Program-made: the position numbers and the translations under genes | Notes under the pieces: model-generated | Database searches by the model: none | What the model saw: the letters and a program-made list of their open reading frames with translations, nothing else | What the model was told of the DNA's origin: nothing | Part shown: positions 62,105-64,000 of the stretch, piece by piece | Position numbering within the stretch: position 1 is the first letter of the stretch | How the letters are laid out: the number at the start of each line of letters is the position of its first letter | Assembly: GCF_964213995.1 (NCBI RefSeq) | Contig: NC_135814.1 | Location: forward strand, 75,206,001 to 75,270,000 | Direction of reading: 5' to 3' | DNA: 64,000 bases | DNA from: Mustelus asterias | Lineage: Eukaryota

Positions 62105-62445
62105 AATCATAGAAACCCTACAGTGCAGAAGGAGGCCATTCGGCCCATCGAGTCTGCACCGACCACAATCCCACCCAGGCCCTACCCCCACATATTTACC
62201 CACTGATCCCTCTAACCTACGCATCCCAGGACTCTCAGGGGCAATTTCTTTTTTTTTTTAACCTGGCCAATCAACCTAACCCGCACATCTTTGGACTGTG
62301 GGAGGAAACCGGAGCACCCGGAGGAAACCCACGCAGACACGAGGAGAATGTGCAAACTCCACACAGACAGTGACCCGAGCCGGGAATCGAACCCGGGACC
62401 CTGGAGCTGTGAAGCAGCAGTGCTAACCACTGTGCTACCATGCCG
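62105..62445 (-). mobile_element. young full-length HE1-type SINE with TSD
   Basis: AACATAG duplication at 62098-62104 and 62446-62452. Confidence 0.93.
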
Positions 62446-62829
62446 AACATAGGGGCCTAGTTCTAGAACACAAGTCCTCAGCACTGTATTCATGATCCTG
62501 TCCTGATTCATTGCATTATGGAGTATTTAGGAGCAGCCATAGCTCTTTTTTTTTTTTAAGCATGCTCGCCTGTGAATCAGAAATTCAAGTCCCACCGCAG
62601 GACTAAGCACAAAAACCAAGGCCAACACTCCAGCACAGAATTTACATAATGCAGAGTTAGGGGAGATGCCGTTTTTCAGGTGTTGTGTTAAACCTGCCCT
62701 CACAGGTTGTCATAAAAGTAACCATGGCAATACTTCAGAGGACATCATGGGAATTATCCCTGATATCCTGGCAAATATTTATTAATCAACACAACAAAAA
62801 CAGAATATTGGGTCATTAACTATTTCTGC

Positions 62830-63425
62830 TTGTGGGTGGTCACAGTGGCTGCTAGTATACTGCTCGTGGGAGGTCATGGAGCACAATTTGGCTACTGCGT
62901 TCCTTGCACTATGCTGTTTGTGGGAGGTCGCTGTGAACAAATGTGCTGCTGTTTTTTCTATAATATGATGCTTATGGGAAATCTTTGTGCACAAACTGCC
63001 TATTGCATTCCCTGCACTATGCCGCTTGTTCCCAGTACACAAATTGGCTGCTGCATTCCCTGTACTCTGCTACTTGTGAGAGGTTGCAGTGCACAAATTG
63101 GCTGCTGCATACCCTGCGCCGTGCTGCTTGTGGGAGGTTGCAGTGCAAACTGGCTGCTGCTTTCCCTATGCTATTATGTTTGTGGGGGTCACAGTGCACA
63201 AACTGGCTGCTGCATTCCCTGCACCATGCTGCTTGTGGGAGGTTGCAAACTGGCTGCTTCATTCCCTGCACTATGCTGCCTGTGCGAGGTTGCAGTTAAC
63301 AAATTAGTTGTTGCGTTCCCTGCACCATGCTGCTTGTGGACAAATTGACTGTTGTTTTCCCTATACAATGATGCTTGTGTCAAGTCGCAGTGCACAAATT
63401 GACTGTCTTGTCCCTGCATTCTGTC
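62830..63425. repeat. minisatellite, unit of about 54 bp, roughly 10-11 diverged copies
   Basis: unit about GCACAAATTGGCTGCTGCATTCCCTGCACTATGCTGCTTGTGGGAGGTTGCAGT. Confidence 0.9.
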
Positions 63426-63782
63426 GACAGTCATACCCAGCATCAAGAAAATTGAGGCCTTGATACTGTGGATATGAAGGATCTATTTCCATTAGCAGAA
63501 AGGTCCATAACGAGAAGACATACCTTTAAAGTAATTGGTAGAAAGAGTAGATGGGAGTTGAGGTGATGGGGATCTGGAATTCAATGCCTAACATGGTGGG
63601 AGAAGCAGAAGCCCAAATCACATTTAAACAAAGCTTGAGGTGCCATCCAAGGTGGGATTCACTTACATAGTATTTGCAGACAGCATGGACAACACGAGAC
63701 AAATGGCCTCCTTCTGTGCAGTAAATCTCTATGTTTTTATGTTTGTTGCTGTTAAAAGCCAATGATATCTGTCATCAATACC

Positions 63783-64000
63783 ACAGAATCACTACAGTGC
63801 AGAAGACGGCCATTTGGCCCATTGAGACCACACCAACTCTCAAAAAGAGCATTTTACCCAGGCCCACCACCACTCCCTATCCCAGTAACCTTGTGCATTT
63901 CCCGTAGCTAATTCACCTAACCTACACATCTTTGGACACTAAAGGACATTTTAGCATAGCTTACACACTTTTGGACTACGTGAGGAAACCACAGCATCCA
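63783..64000 (-). mobile_element. HE1-type SINE 3' part (runs off the window)
   Basis: tail and core similar to other HE1 copies. Confidence 0.8.

Noticed and set aside
62830-63348. 172-aa Cys-rich ORF resembling a metallothionein or keratin-associated protein
   Set aside because: It is a translation of the 54-bp SINE-derived minisatellite, is open in several frames and lacks a convincing start or splice context
57865-64000. Search for SF3B1 exon 1 and promoter
   Set aside because: No MAKIAKTHE-coding segment or CpG island found; exon 1 is presumably beyond the window

Overview
Eukaryotic genomic DNA, most likely from a cartilaginous fish (inferred from HE1-type tRNA-derived SINEs and HER1/CR1-type LINEs). 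The window holds coding exons 2-25 of the core U2 snRNP gene SF3B1 on the minus strand (57864 down to the TAA stop at 16334). Exon 1 is not visible and probably lies beyond 64000. The 24 exons total 3962 nt; with a 28-nt exon 1 this gives about 1329 aa. Introns and the downstream region are crowded with CR1/L2 LINEs, SINEs, Penelope-like elements with hammerhead motifs, a Gypsy relic and non-autonomous DNA transposons. Highlights: (1) a transposon-free intron 4 with three tandem stop-codon (poison) exon candidates, one matching the human GFYSAA* alternative exon and one with a perfect TACTAAC branch point; (2) an in-frame (TPGH)6 expansion in exon 7; (3) two GC-AG introns; (4) a sense-oriented CR1 with both ORFs intact in intron 6, whose ORF1/ORF2 junction has a UUUAAAC slippery site and a G-run; (5) a 178-bp near-perfect fold-back hairpin and an intact minimal hammerhead in intron 23. 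Comparisons to human SF3B1 are from memory and need checking by alignment. Repeat boundaries are approximate unless target-site duplications (TSDs) are given.
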